Source: Malacoraja senta (lineage: Eukaryota). Taken from it: 20,000 nt of DNA. Where the stretch lies: contig JAXLNO010000309.1 in assembly GCA_038087875.1 (NCBI GenBank), forward strand, positions 121,811 through 141,810, read 5' to 3'. This document shows, in pieces, positions 10,071-20,000 of this stretch (position 1 is the first letter of the stretch; each line of letters begins with the position of its first letter). The position numbers and the translations under genes are program-made. The notes beneath the pieces are model-generated. The model searched no databases. It worked only from the letters and a program-made list of their open reading frames with translations, and was not told the origin of the DNA.

Positions 10071-10689
10071 TTTGAGATTAGTCTAATCAGGTTCGCCGGG
10101 AATACAGTGTGCTGTAAAAGGCGTGTTCTTATGCTGTAATGGTCTATGTTTTATGTGGATGACTGCATTGTTTCCTTTCCAACTAGACCGGCGCGCCCCG
10201 AAAGCCTCTTTCCTCTAACTGTTACACCTGACGGAATATTAACTAGTTAATTCCCTCCACTTAGTTCTCCCCCCAGCGAACGTGCTGACGGCCGCGATCC
10301 TGTGCCGGGGAAAGTGCGGTCTCACCAAAGGAATCACCCGCTACGTGGTGGCGATGGCAATGTCCGACCTGCTGGTGGTCATCTTCCACGTGTTGCTCAG
10401 GAAAATCTACATTTACCACAACCCTTACTCCTTTCTCTCCCTCAGCACAGTGTGCTCTTCATACATACACTTGCGGGCCGCCACCCTGGACTATTCCGTC
10501 TGGTTAACCGTGTCCTTCACTTTTGATCGTTTTGTCAGCATTTGCTGCCCGAAGCTGAGACTCAGGTATTGGACGGATAATACGGCGGCCGTGGTCAATA
10601 TGTGTTTGTGCGCGCTGAGCTTTTCAAAATTCATCCCCTTTCACTTCATGTTTGAACCACGTTTCACCATGGACAATGTGAACTGGCGG

Positions 10690-10812
10690 TTCCCCCGATC
10701 CGACACATTACGTGTCAATTCCCTCCACAGATGTTGCCCGCCTCGTTCAGTCCGTCTAGCACGTAATGTTTTGTTCAAGACTCCAGCCTCTATCGATCCT
10801 TGTGTTTCCATT
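10690..10812 (+). mobile_element. Degenerate Penelope pLTR-derived repeat abutting the GPCR truncation
   Basis: CCGATCCGACACATT..ATTCCCTCCACAGATGTTGCC..CTAGCAC aligns loosely to the right arm at 14575-14645. Confidence 0.6.
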
Positions 10813-11019
10813 CTGTGCCCCAGTTCCGGCTGTCGCGGTTTAATTGAACAGGAGACTGAATAACATTTACCCGGGAATAGGCATAAAATATGTGCCACCG
10901 CATCTCGTATAACCACTTGGTCTTCTGCGGAACATAAACGGAACTTTGACGGTGCTGGGGGAAATCAGCTGACCGGGCAGAATATCCCAATTATAAGAGA
11001 CATGGATAAGATTGGCTGG

Positions 11020-11180
11020 ATAGAGGATAGAAAGAAAATGCTGGAATTACTCAGCGGGACAGGCAGCATCTGGAAAGTCGCAATGGCTGAGGTTTGGTGT
11101 CGATACCCTTCTTCGGACTCAGTACTCCATCATTTTATGTGTATCTTCGATTTAAACCAGCATCGGCATTTCTTTTCCAC
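11020..11180. mobile_element. Degenerate, internally deleted copy of the pLTR-derived palindromic repeat
   Basis: AAAATGCTGGAATTACTCAGCGGGACAGGCAGCATC..GTCGATACCCTTCTTCGGAC followed by TACTCCATCATTTTATGTGTATCTTC; same family as 14462-14659. Further relics lie at ~11665-11720 and ~12000-12090. Confidence 0.7.
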
Positions 11181-11435
11181 ACGAGGACTAGAGAATATGG
11201 TTTTAATGTGAGAGGAGCAAATGTTAAAACAGATCTGCGCAGTAGTTTTTAGACAGAATGTGGTGGGTGAGTGGAACGCGCTGGAATGTATTTTGGATAG
11301 GCACATGGATGTGCAGGGAATGAAGGGATGTGGACCATGTGCGGACATAAAAGATTGGTTTAACTTGGTATCATGGTCGGGGTGGATATTGTGAACCGAA
11401 CGGCTTGTTCCTGCACTGCAGCTGTTCTATGTTTT
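11181..11435 (+). mobile_element. Old CR1 3' end fragment
   Basis: Degenerate RTRxxGF..RG..VVGEWNAL..LDRHM..GCG remnant and 3' UTR ending CTGTTCTATG. Confidence 0.8.
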
Positions 11436-12359
11436 ATCCCTCGGTCAAAATGCAAACAATCCGTGCGCCTATTTTCACCCTGACCCACTTTGGCGGTCAA
11501 CCAAAGTGAACCCCACGGCTCCTCTCGGTACCTGACCGTTTTCCCGCCGCACCTTACCCCGTTTTGTTTAATGTTCCGACTACACCCGTATCGCAATAGA
11601 AGTGTTGGCTTTTTTAGCAGTCATACGAAATAATTTAATGCAGTTTATCATCAAAGTTGAGCGAAACACAAAGTGCCAGAGTAACTCAGCGGGCCAAGCA
11701 GAATCCACGGAGCGAAATGATCGGGAGAAATAACAGTTGCAGCTTAAAACCAACTTAAAAATACTGAATGGAAATCCCTACTACCCATTTTAGAATTGCA
11801 TCCGTATCCGATTGTCACTGCTTGGTTTAAAGAACACAATGACATGAATGATCAAGCTACAAAGATACACGACTTCCTGCCGTTGAAGAGACTTCCTACA
11901 GCTGACCAGGACGGGGGGAGAACCCACTCATTCAAGTGTGGGATAACGGGCGGATTGCATGCGTCTGCGGGATGTTATCACTCTCTTGACTTCGCTAAAC
12001 GCAAAGTGATGGAGTAACAAACGGATCGGGGAGCATCTGTGGGGGCAATGAACAGGCGACATTTGCGGTTGAGATCCGTCTATAGTCTCTTTATTCGGCT
12101 AGCTCGTTTAAAGGAAGAATATAATAAAACGATTTTTTATTTAAATTGCTTAATAATTTCTTTATCCTGAAAAAACTTTATTTGTTCATGTTTCGTGTTG
12201 TTTAAAGCACTTGCTTGGGACTTCCTTCCACTGTTAGAGTTGTGGATGTACATTAGCGCTGTGGTGATGACTGCGTTGGAAGTGACAGCGCTAAATAAAC
12301 ATGCCACTTCTACCCCACTGTCACCTCACCTCGGTTATGGGAGGCGCCTGTTTGGACTT

Positions 12360-13240
12360 CGTGGACTTCTGAAAGGCATTTGGGAGAATTGTTCAAAGGA
12401 TCAGAGCCCGCGAATCCACCGCCACAAGGAGCATTTGCGTGTTAATTGGTTGAGTGAAAGGTGGGGGAAGTGGAGGGGGGGGCATATGATAATTGTGGAG
12501 GATTGTCTTTTGCGACTGGAAGTCTGTGACGACCGGGTTACGGCAGGGATCGGAGTTGAGACTGTTGTTTGCGAATTCTATTGACAAACTAAATGCGAAT
12601 GCAGGAGGCAGAATTAGCAAATTCGCAAATGATTCCAATTAATGGTTCTGGTACTGTTGTCGATAACGGGATGATTGTGGGAGAACGTTATTGATCAGTG
12701 CTAAAATGAACAAAAAAGACACCTGAATCTGTATCCTTGTATACTTTAGAAAACTTACAATGCTGGGATATAGAAACCCAATGAACGTTAGGACGCTGCG
12801 GGTTTTGAGGAACAGAATGACGTTGGTTTTCTAAGATCGTTCAAAACCGCAGCCCGGTTATATAAGGGGTGAAGAAGTCGTGCGAAGTATTTGCTTTCAA
12901 CAGTGTGGACATAGAATATAAATGCAGAGACTTTATGATAGGAATCCATAACACTCACAGCTGGAGTACTGTTTGTATTTATGGTCAAATTAGTATAGGA
13001 GTGGTGTGACTGCACTGGAGATAATGCACAGGGGATCAGAATGTAGCGGGGAATGGAAAGCTAGGAGCAGAGATTGGAGACGTTGTATCTGTTTCTCTGG
13101 GAGAAAAGATTGACTAGTGGGGGTGAGGGTGTGAATGGGGAGTTGTGGTGAGGCGCTGAGAGAGATACGAAATTATCGGTGGAGGTGACAGATTGACGAA
13201 TATAGAACATTTATGGGAGACCAGAGAAAGTCTAAATCCG
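12360..13240 (+). mobile_element. Highly decayed CR1 RT fragment
   Basis: Ordered remnants DF*KAF, NWL, DWKSVTTGLRQGS, ISKFANDS (FADD-derived), IEYK, LEYCLYLWS. Confidence 0.75.
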
Positions 13241-13842
13241 TTACATTACTATGGTTGATGTCGAAACAATTAAATCAACCGACCACACAGATCTACCATT
13301 AGAAGAGTACACATTACACCCATCACATCGCTCTAATCCTGACATGCGGGGGGGGGGGGGGGTCACGGCAACAGGGGTTTCTGAAGAGACAAAGTACACC
13401 GGAGGAAGGAGGAGGTTAGACACCTGAAGAAGCGTGAGATGGGATAAGTTGTGAGAGATGGCGACGGGGCATTTTATTGAGTGTGTGTGTGGAGGGGTTG
13501 GGGCGGGGGAGAAGGCGGTGTGAAGACTCTGCGATGCCCCTCGTTAACATGAAGCAATCTGGTTTAATTTGCCTTGTAGTACCTCATTCAAAAGGGTGAT
13601 CTCTTCAGGTGAGAGCTTGGACGTTAACGAGACGGTTGTAGTGACAGACATCAATAATGGGGCAGCGAAAATCAGGAGGCGTAGGAATCAAACCGGTGGA
13701 GGGCAGGCCCGCACACACTCGCTTTGTCCATCTAAATTAACCTTACCGCACCAGGTCAATGAGCCAGAACAATAGAGGAAAATGGAACAAGACAGAGGTA
13801 TATAAATAATGTGCATGTAAATACTATAATTAGCAGGAAACG

Positions 13843-14290
13843 TTTCCCCAGATCAGAGGTAGATCTAACGAGAGGACAGGGATTTATGTAAGGTTTAGCA
13901 GGTTTGGAACTTTCTTAACGCAGAGACTGGCGAGTACTTGGAGCACACATCCGGAGAAAGAGTCAAGGACAGCATTTAGGACGTGTCCAGACGATCAGCG
14001 GAATCCTCTCGGTATAGATGTGCGAAGAGTTGGACGATACGATTAATGCGGATGGGAGCCCATTGGTCAACATGGACGTGGGAGGCCAAATGGCCTTATT
14101 CCTTGCTGTATGACCTCTCCCGTCACAAGCAATCCTGATTATCCCCGTTAGACAATTAGGACTTTGAGAAGATATTTGTCCAAATATAAGGATAGAAAAA
14201 GTTTAGATACAAGCCTAATGTGGGCAAAATGGACAAGCCCAGGAGGCCACCAATGGGCATGGACAAGGTGTTGAAGGGTATGATTCCTTC
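13843..14290 (+). mobile_element. Two old CR1 3' end fragments (~13843-14115 and ~14160-14290)
   Basis: TRG..NFLTQR remnant, and 3' UTR motifs CATGGACGTGGGAGGCCAAATGGCCT..TGCTGTATGAC and GGGCATGGACAAGGTG..GAAGGG. Confidence 0.65.
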
Positions 14291-14461
14291 CCGAAATTCT
14301 ATACTCCCACCCTTAAACCAATAAACCGTTTTCAGACAGCCACCCAGTAAAGGGCCTGTCCCACTTGGCCGTCATTTACGCGACAGGCCGGTAGTGACTG
14401 ACGCCCGACGGCCGCGCGCGTCATCATGAGTCCGCACAGCTGTCGGGAGCGCGTGACGTCA

Positions 14462-14659
14462 TTTGAAGATGGACACAACATGCGGGCGTAACTCAGCGGG
14501 ACCGGCAGCATCTCTGGAGAGAAGGAATAGATGATGTTTCGGGTCGAGACTCTGCTTCAATCTGAAGAAGGGTCTCGACCCGAAACGTCACCCATTGCTT
14601 CTCTCTGGAGATGCTGCCGGTCCCGCTGAGTTACTCCAGCATTTTTGTCTATCTCCAAT
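14462..14659. repeat. Long imperfect inverted repeat (~98-bp arms, 3-nt spacer)
   Basis: GTAACTCAGCGGGACCGGCAGCATCTC pairs with GAGATGCTGCCGGTCCCGCTGAGTTAC; TTTCGGGTCGAGAC pairs with GTCTCGACCCGAAA; centre TTCA-ATC-TGAA. Confidence 0.95.
14561..14593 (+). ncRNA. Minimal (Penelope-type) hammerhead ribozyme core
   Basis: CTGAAGA 14562-14568, A, helix II GGGT-CTCG-ACCC 14570-14581, GAAA 14582-14585, self-complementary ACGT helix III and GTC cleavage triplet 14587-14589. Helix I pairing is minimal in this copy. Confidence 0.7.
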
Positions 14660-14809
14660 CGTCTTGGCCCCGCTCTGGGAGTAGGAGTGGGGGCGGATCC
14701 GGATCCACAACGGCAGTGAAACCCAGGCCGAGCTCGGCGATCGTTTGCCTGCTTCTGCTGCTGTTGGAGGTGAGACGTTGCGCCGCGCCAGGGTCTTGGG
14801 CCTCTTGCC

Positions 14810-15040
14810 TCGCTGAGGGCATTGTCCAGATGTGATCTCTGCATATAAATAATGCGTACTTCCTCGGTTTTATGTAATATTGTAACGATGTAGCATTATT
14901 TCCGGCGCTGTGGTTATCTTTCATTTAGCAGGACCTATTGTATTAGTGTTTGGTTTGATTGTACCCATGAATGGTATGACATAACCGGATGCCACGCAAA
15001 CATGTATCCCGTGGCGATAATAAACCAATGATAAAACCAA
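14810..15040 (+). mobile_element. Probable old LINE/SINE 3' UTR fragment (Rex1/L2-like tail)
   Basis: T-rich body ending GTGGCGATAATAAACCAATGATAAAACCAAT, reminiscent of the ...GTGACAATAAA + repeat tail at 6341-6375. Confidence 0.4.
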
Positions 15041-15149
15041 TTTCTCTCATCGATCTGTGCGCAACATTGAAACATAACCATTCACATCGAACAATATCAT
15101 CAAATTTTCAATCCTTAATTCCCAATGTGTCAAATTAAAATCAATGCAT

Positions 15150-15298
15150 TACAGTAAGGTGGACAGATGTTAACATTATTCGGAAATTGGAAACGATAAT
15201 GACTGATGTGTTCGTGGTAGACTCTGTTGGGACTAGCGACCACTGTCATATTAACTTTGAGATAACTATATGTTACGAACACGGCAGGTCCGCGAGTT
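15150..15298 (+). mobile_element. 5' part of an old CR1 ORF2 (end of endonuclease domain); continues at 17603
   Basis: Reads LTLFGNW..MTDVFVVDSVGTSDHCHINFEI..AGPRV; aligns with LLLGNE..VAEVCVGEHFGSSDHNTISFNI..TGPRVE of the 7257-9981 copy. Confidence 0.75.
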
Positions 15299-17602
15299 AA
15301 CATAGAAACATAGAAACATAGAAAATAGTTGCAGGAGTAGGCCATTCGGCCCTTCGAGCCTGCACCGCCATTGAATATGATCATGGCTGATCATCCAACT
15401 GAGTATCCTGTACCTGCATCCTCTCCATACCCCTGATCCCTTTAGCCACAAGGGCCACATCTAATTCTCTCTTAAATATAGCCAATGAACTGGCCTCAAC
15501 TACCTTCTGTGGCAGAGAATTCCACAGATTCATCACTCTCTGTGTGAAAAATGATTTTCTCATCTCGGTCCAAAAAGATTTCCCTTTATCCTTAAACTGT
15601 GACCCCTTGTCTGTAGATGACATTGTCCTGGACTTCCCAACATCGGGAACAATCTTCCTGCATCTAGCCTGTCCAACCCCTTACGAATGTTGTACGTTTC
15701 TATAAGATCCCCCCTCAATCTTCTAAATCTAGCGAGTACAAGCCGAGTCTATCCAGTCTTTCTTCATATGAAAGTCCTGACATCCCAGGAATCAATCTGG
15801 TGAACCTTATCTGTACTCCCTCTATGGCAAGAATGTCTTTCCTCAGATTGGAGACCAAAACTGTACGCAATACTCCAGGTGTGGTCTCACCAAGATCCTG
15901 TACAATTGCAGTAGAACCTCTCTGCTCCTATACTCAAATCCTTTTGCAATGAATGCTAACATACCATTCGCTTTCTTCACTGCCTGCTGCACCTGCATGC
16001 CTACTTTCAATGACTGGTGTACCATGACTCCCAGGTCTCGTTGCATCACCCCTTTTCCTAATCGGCCACCATTCAGATAATAGTCTGCGTTCCTGTTTTT
16101 GCCACCAAAGTGGATTACCTCACATTTGTGCATATTATACTGCATCTGCCATGCATTTGCCTACTCACCCAACCTATCCAAGTCACCTTGCAGCCTCCTA
16201 GCATCCTCCTCACAGCTAATACCGCTCCCCAGGCTTCGTGTCATCCGCAAACTTGGAGATGTTGCATTCAGTTCCCTCGTCCAAATCATTAATATATATT
16301 GTAAATAGCTGGGGTCCCAGCACTGAGCCTTGCGGTACCCACTAGTCACTGCCTGCCATTCTGAAAAGGACCCGTTTACTCCTATCTTTGCTTCCTGTCT
16401 GCCAGCCAGTTCTCTATCCACATCAATACTGAACACCCAATACCGTGTGCTTTAAGTTTGTATACTAATCTCTTATGTGGGACCTTGTCGAAAGCCTTCT
16501 GAAAGTCCAGATATAACACATCCACTGGTTCTCCCTTATCAACCCTACTAGTTACATCCTCGAAAAATTCTATGAGATTCGTCAGACATGATTTACCTTT
16601 CGTAAATCCATGCTGACTTTGTCCAATGATTTCACCACTTTCCAAATGTGCTGCTATCCCATCTTTAATAACTGACTCTAGCAGTTTCCCCACTACCGAT
16701 GTTAGACTAACTGGTCTGCAATTCCCCGTTTTCTCTCTCCCTCCCTTTTTAAAAAGTGGGGTTACAATTAGCTACCCTCTAATCCTCAGGAACTACTCCA
16801 GAATCTAAGGAGTTTTGACAAATGTATCACTAATGCATCCACTATTTCTGGGGCTACTTCCGTAAGTACTATGGCATGCAGGCTATCTGGCCCTGGGGAT
16901 TTATTGGCCTTTAATCCACTTCCCGGCTAACCTGGATTTCACTCAGTTCCTCCATCTCATTTGACCCGCGGTCCCCTGCTATTTCTGGCAGATTATTTAT
17001 GTCTTCCTTAGTGAAGACAGAACCAAAGTAGTTATTCAATTGGTCTGCCATGTCCTTGTTCCACATGATCAATTCACCTGTTTCTGACTGCAAGGGACCT
17101 ACATTTGGTTTAACTAATATTTTTCTCTTCACATATCTATAAAAACTTTTGCAGTCAGTTTTTATGTTCCCTGCCAGTTTTCTTTCATAACCTAGTTTCC
17201 CTTTTCCAATTAAACCCTGTGTCCTCCTCTGCAGGACTGAATTTCTCCCAGTCCTCTGGTAGGCTGCTTTTTAAACGCTTCATCTTTTGTTTTGATATTA
17301 TCCCTGATTTCCCTTGTTATCCACGGATGCACTACCTTCCCTGGTTCATTCTTTTGTCAAACTGGGATGAACAATTGTTGTAGTTCATCCATGCAGTCTT
17401 TAAATGCCTTCCATTGCATATCCACCGTCAACCCTTTAAGAATCAATTGCCAGTCAATCTTGGCCAATTCACGTCTCATTCCCTCAAAGTTACCTTTCTT
17501 TAATTTCAGAACCCTTGTTTCTGAATTAACAATGTCACTCTCCATCCTAATGAAGAACTCAACCATATTCTGGTCACTCTTGCCCAAGGGGCCACGCACA
17601 AC
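15299..17602 (-). mobile_element. Younger CR1 LINE, 5'-truncated and frameshifted
   Basis: [40 protein letters not shown] (~16237-16254), RPHLEYCVQFWSP; (AACATAGA)x3 tail from 15299. Confidence 0.97.
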
Positions 17603-19697
17603 TGAATTGGGGCAAGCTTAACTTTGACAGTACTCGCAGACAGGTACTCGCACAAGTTGATCCGACTAGGATTTTATAAGCAAAGGAACGTCCAAATCGT
17701 GGGATGCTTTGAAGGTGAGATGACTGGATTTCAGGGCATGCATGTGCCTGTTAGACTGAAGGGAAAGACAGGTGAGCATATGCATGAGTGATGAGAGAAA
17801 CTGAGGCTCTGGTCAGGAAAATGAAGGAGGCATGGGACGGGTTCATGTATATTCCTCAAGGAATTTGGGGAACTGACGAACAGACTTAATAAAGAAACCA
17901 GGAGGGCAAAAAGGGGGCAGGAGATAATGTTACCAGATAATATCAAGCAACATCAAAATTATGTGTCATTAAGGGAAAAAATTTAACCGGAGAGAGAATA
18001 AGGTCCCAGAAAAACCAAACCAGAGATGGCAATGTCCTCAATGAGTATTTCTCCTCGGTTTTAACCGTAGAGAAAGCCGCAACAACTGTAAATCTTGGGG
18101 GAAGCCAATGGCAGTGTCTTGGTGGTAGTCGATATTACGGTCGAGGGGTAATTAAGGCGTCTGAAGGTAGACATATCTCCTGGGTTTGATCAGACATATC
18201 GGGGACGCTGTCGGAAGCCAGAGAAGAAATTACATGCGCCCTGCCTTAGTTATAAATATCCTAATTAAAGACGGGTGAGATGCCGGAAAATTGTTGGTTA
18301 ATGTTTGTATCGCAATTTAAGAAGGGCTGCAAGGAAAAGCCTGGGAACTATCGTCCAGTTAGCGTAACATCTGTGGTAGGCAAGTAACTGGATAAGATCT
18401 GTATGCATTCAGATAGACAAGGGTGATTAGGGATAGTCGCCATGGTGCTGTATGTGGGACACCGTGTTTCACGAGTCCTGTTGACTTTTGTGAAGATATA
18501 ACCAAAAAACGGGATGACGACTGAGCTGCAGAAGTTATCTTTCTGGATTTCAGCAAGGCTTTTGATGTGTGTCCGTGTCGTGATCTACTCTGAGACGTTA
18601 GATCGCATAGACTCCAGGGAAACCTGGCCGACTGGATGGAATATTGGCATCATGGAAAATGGAATAGAGGGTGTTGCTGGAAAGTTGGTTCGCGGACTAG
18701 AGGCCCGTGACAGTGGTGTCCCTCTAGTATCGGTGCTGGGCCCAAAGCTCTTTGTTGTTTGTATGAAAGATTTGGATGAAAATGTACAAGGTCGGATTAG
18801 TAAATGTGCGAATCCATACAAGTGGATTGTATTGTAGATAGCGAAGATGGTTATAAAGCTAACAGTAGGGTCTTGCGCTGTTGGGCAAGTGAGCTGAGGA
18901 ACAGTTAGTGGTGTTTAATACAGATATAAGTGAGGTGTTGCATTTTGAGAAGTCAAACAGGGGCAGGGATATGCCTCTAGGGAGTGTTGTGGCGAAGAGC
19001 TATCCAGGAGTGCAGGGACTAGTTCCTAGAAAGTGGCTCCACAGGCAGATGGAGGGGACAAGAAGTCTTTAGGCACAGTGGTCTTCATCAGTCAGAGCAT
19101 TGACCATAGAAGGTAAGATGTTATTTTACAGTTCTATAAGATTGATGACATCACTTTTGGAGTATTGTGCTCAGTTTTGGTCACCCTGCTATAGGAAAGA
19201 TAGCGATAAGAAAGAAAGAATTCAGAGAAGATTTACGGGAATGTTAGCAGAACCTAAAGCCCCAGCTATAGGGAGAGGTTGGGCAGGTCAGGGCTGTATT
19301 CCTTGGAGCACAGGAGGATGAAGTGTAATCTTACAGCGGTGTATAAGATCGGGAGGTGAATTAATAGGGTCGATGCACAGAATCTTTAACCCAGACGAGG
19401 GGAATCAAGAACCAGACGACTTTGCCGTTAAGTGAGAGGAGGAATATTTAATATGAATATGAGGGACAAACTTTTTGCACAGACGGTGGTGGGTATATTG
19501 AATGTGTTGCCAGAGGAGGTAGGTGCGGCAGATATTATGACTTCATTTCAAAGACATTTCGACAGCTGCATGGAAAGGAACGATTCAGATGGATGTGGGC
19601 GAAACGCGGGCAGGGGCGACTAGTGTGGATGGGGCACTGCCGTCAGCATGGGCATTTTAGGCCAAAGGGTCAATTTCCCTGCAATGGGACTCTATAC
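17603..19697 (+). mobile_element. 3' part of the old CR1 ORF2 plus 3' UTR
   Basis: NWGKLNF, WDALKGE..HVPVRLKGK, LNEYFSSV, PGNYRPVS, DFSKAF, SGVPLVSVLGP, LEYCAQFWSP, ERIQRRFT; ends GGGACTCTATA. Confidence 0.92.
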
Positions 19698-19890
19698 CAG
19701 TTTCCATGTGGCCTCTGTCTAGCGATGGAGGAGGTCCGGGGCAAAAAGGTCAGTTTGAGAAGCAACCGGAATGTCCATTACACGTTGGCGGACCGAGCGC
19801 AGGTGTTCAGCAAAGCAGTCGCCGATGCTAGGTCTCGCCGATATACAGGCGGCCATATCGGGAACTCCGGATGCGGGAGATGATTTAGAG
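19698..19890 (-). mobile_element. Penelope-like GIY-YIG fragment (paralogous to 3814-4028)
   Basis: Minus strand gives LYIGET then IGDCFAEHLRSVRQRVMDIPVA. Confidence 0.88.
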
Positions 19891-20000
19891 AACAGGTTTG
19901 TGGCTTTCAGCTCAATGTTATCATTCAATTGAAGCAGTTAATCGGTCACAAAATAAAAGATCTGAGGAGAATTGTCTCGTGAAATTGCTGACGGGAGGAT
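19891..20000 (+). repeat. Diverged duplicate of 6390-6491 (GPCR upstream region)
   Basis: AACAGGTTTGTGGCTTTCAGCTCA..GTCACAAAATAAAAGATCTGAGGAGAAT..TTGCTGACGGGAGGAT versus AACAGATTTGCGGTTTTCAGCTCA..GTCACAAAATAAGAGATTTAAGGAGAAT..TTGCTTACAGGATGAT. Confidence 0.85.

Larger units (their letters stand above)
7165..10689 (+). pseudogene. GPR139/GPR142-like class A GPCR pseudogene, two exons (7165-7227; 10277-~10689)
   Basis: Exon 1: MGRAPILYVKD/(shift)YPILAAFGIP with phase-1 donor G|GTATGT at 7228. Exon 2: acceptor TTCTCCCCCCAG|CG then (A)NVLTAAILCRGKCGLTKGITRYVVAMAMSDLL..DYSVWLTVSFTFDRFVSICCPKL..FIPFHF (TM1-TM4, DRF). Homology stops near 10689, so TM5-7 are missing. Confidence 0.88.
14351..14803. 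mobile_element. PIF/Harbinger-like non-autonomous element (one terminus seen) enclosing a pLTR palindrome
   Basis: TAA (14348-14350) followed by AGGGCCTGTCCCACTTGG; CpG-rich sequence on both sides of the palindrome; ends at a partial GGGCCT (14798-14803). Right TIR not found. Confidence 0.5.

Noticed and set aside
129..10277. Rescue of the GPCR by splicing the ATG|GT exon at 131 to the acceptor at 10277
   Set aside because: A phase-0 donor joined to a phase-1 acceptor is out of frame, and TM5-7 are missing anyway.
12253..12294. C/D-box snoRNA- or SECIS-like hairpin (TTAGCGCTGT/ACAGCGCTAA with GTGATGA)
   Set aside because: Only 22 nt between the stem arms and no CTGA D box; too short for either RNA class.

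Overview
Eukaryotic, repeat-dense genomic DNA, most likely from a cartilaginous fish (skate/ray-like; inferred from the CR1 tails, Penelope pLTR relics and the GPR139-like receptor type). No intact protein-coding gene is supported. The window holds a two-exon GPR139/GPR142-like class A GPCR pseudogene: exon 1 (7165-7227) is frameshifted, exon 2 (10277-~10689) is truncated after TM4, and an antisense CR1 fills the intron. It also holds a decayed Helitron PIF1-helicase region interrupted by a PIF/Harbinger-like MITE, many CR1 LINE copies (one nested in another), and Penelope (GIY-YIG) fragments. Most notable: (i) a ~200-bp palindrome with a minimal hammerhead-ribozyme core, apparently inside a Harbinger-like DNA element; (ii) an old segmental duplication, in which the last ~550 bp repeat the CR1/Penelope junction and the sequence upstream of the GPCR, predicting another paralog just beyond the window. 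Family names and boundaries come from motif recognition by eye, not database searches.
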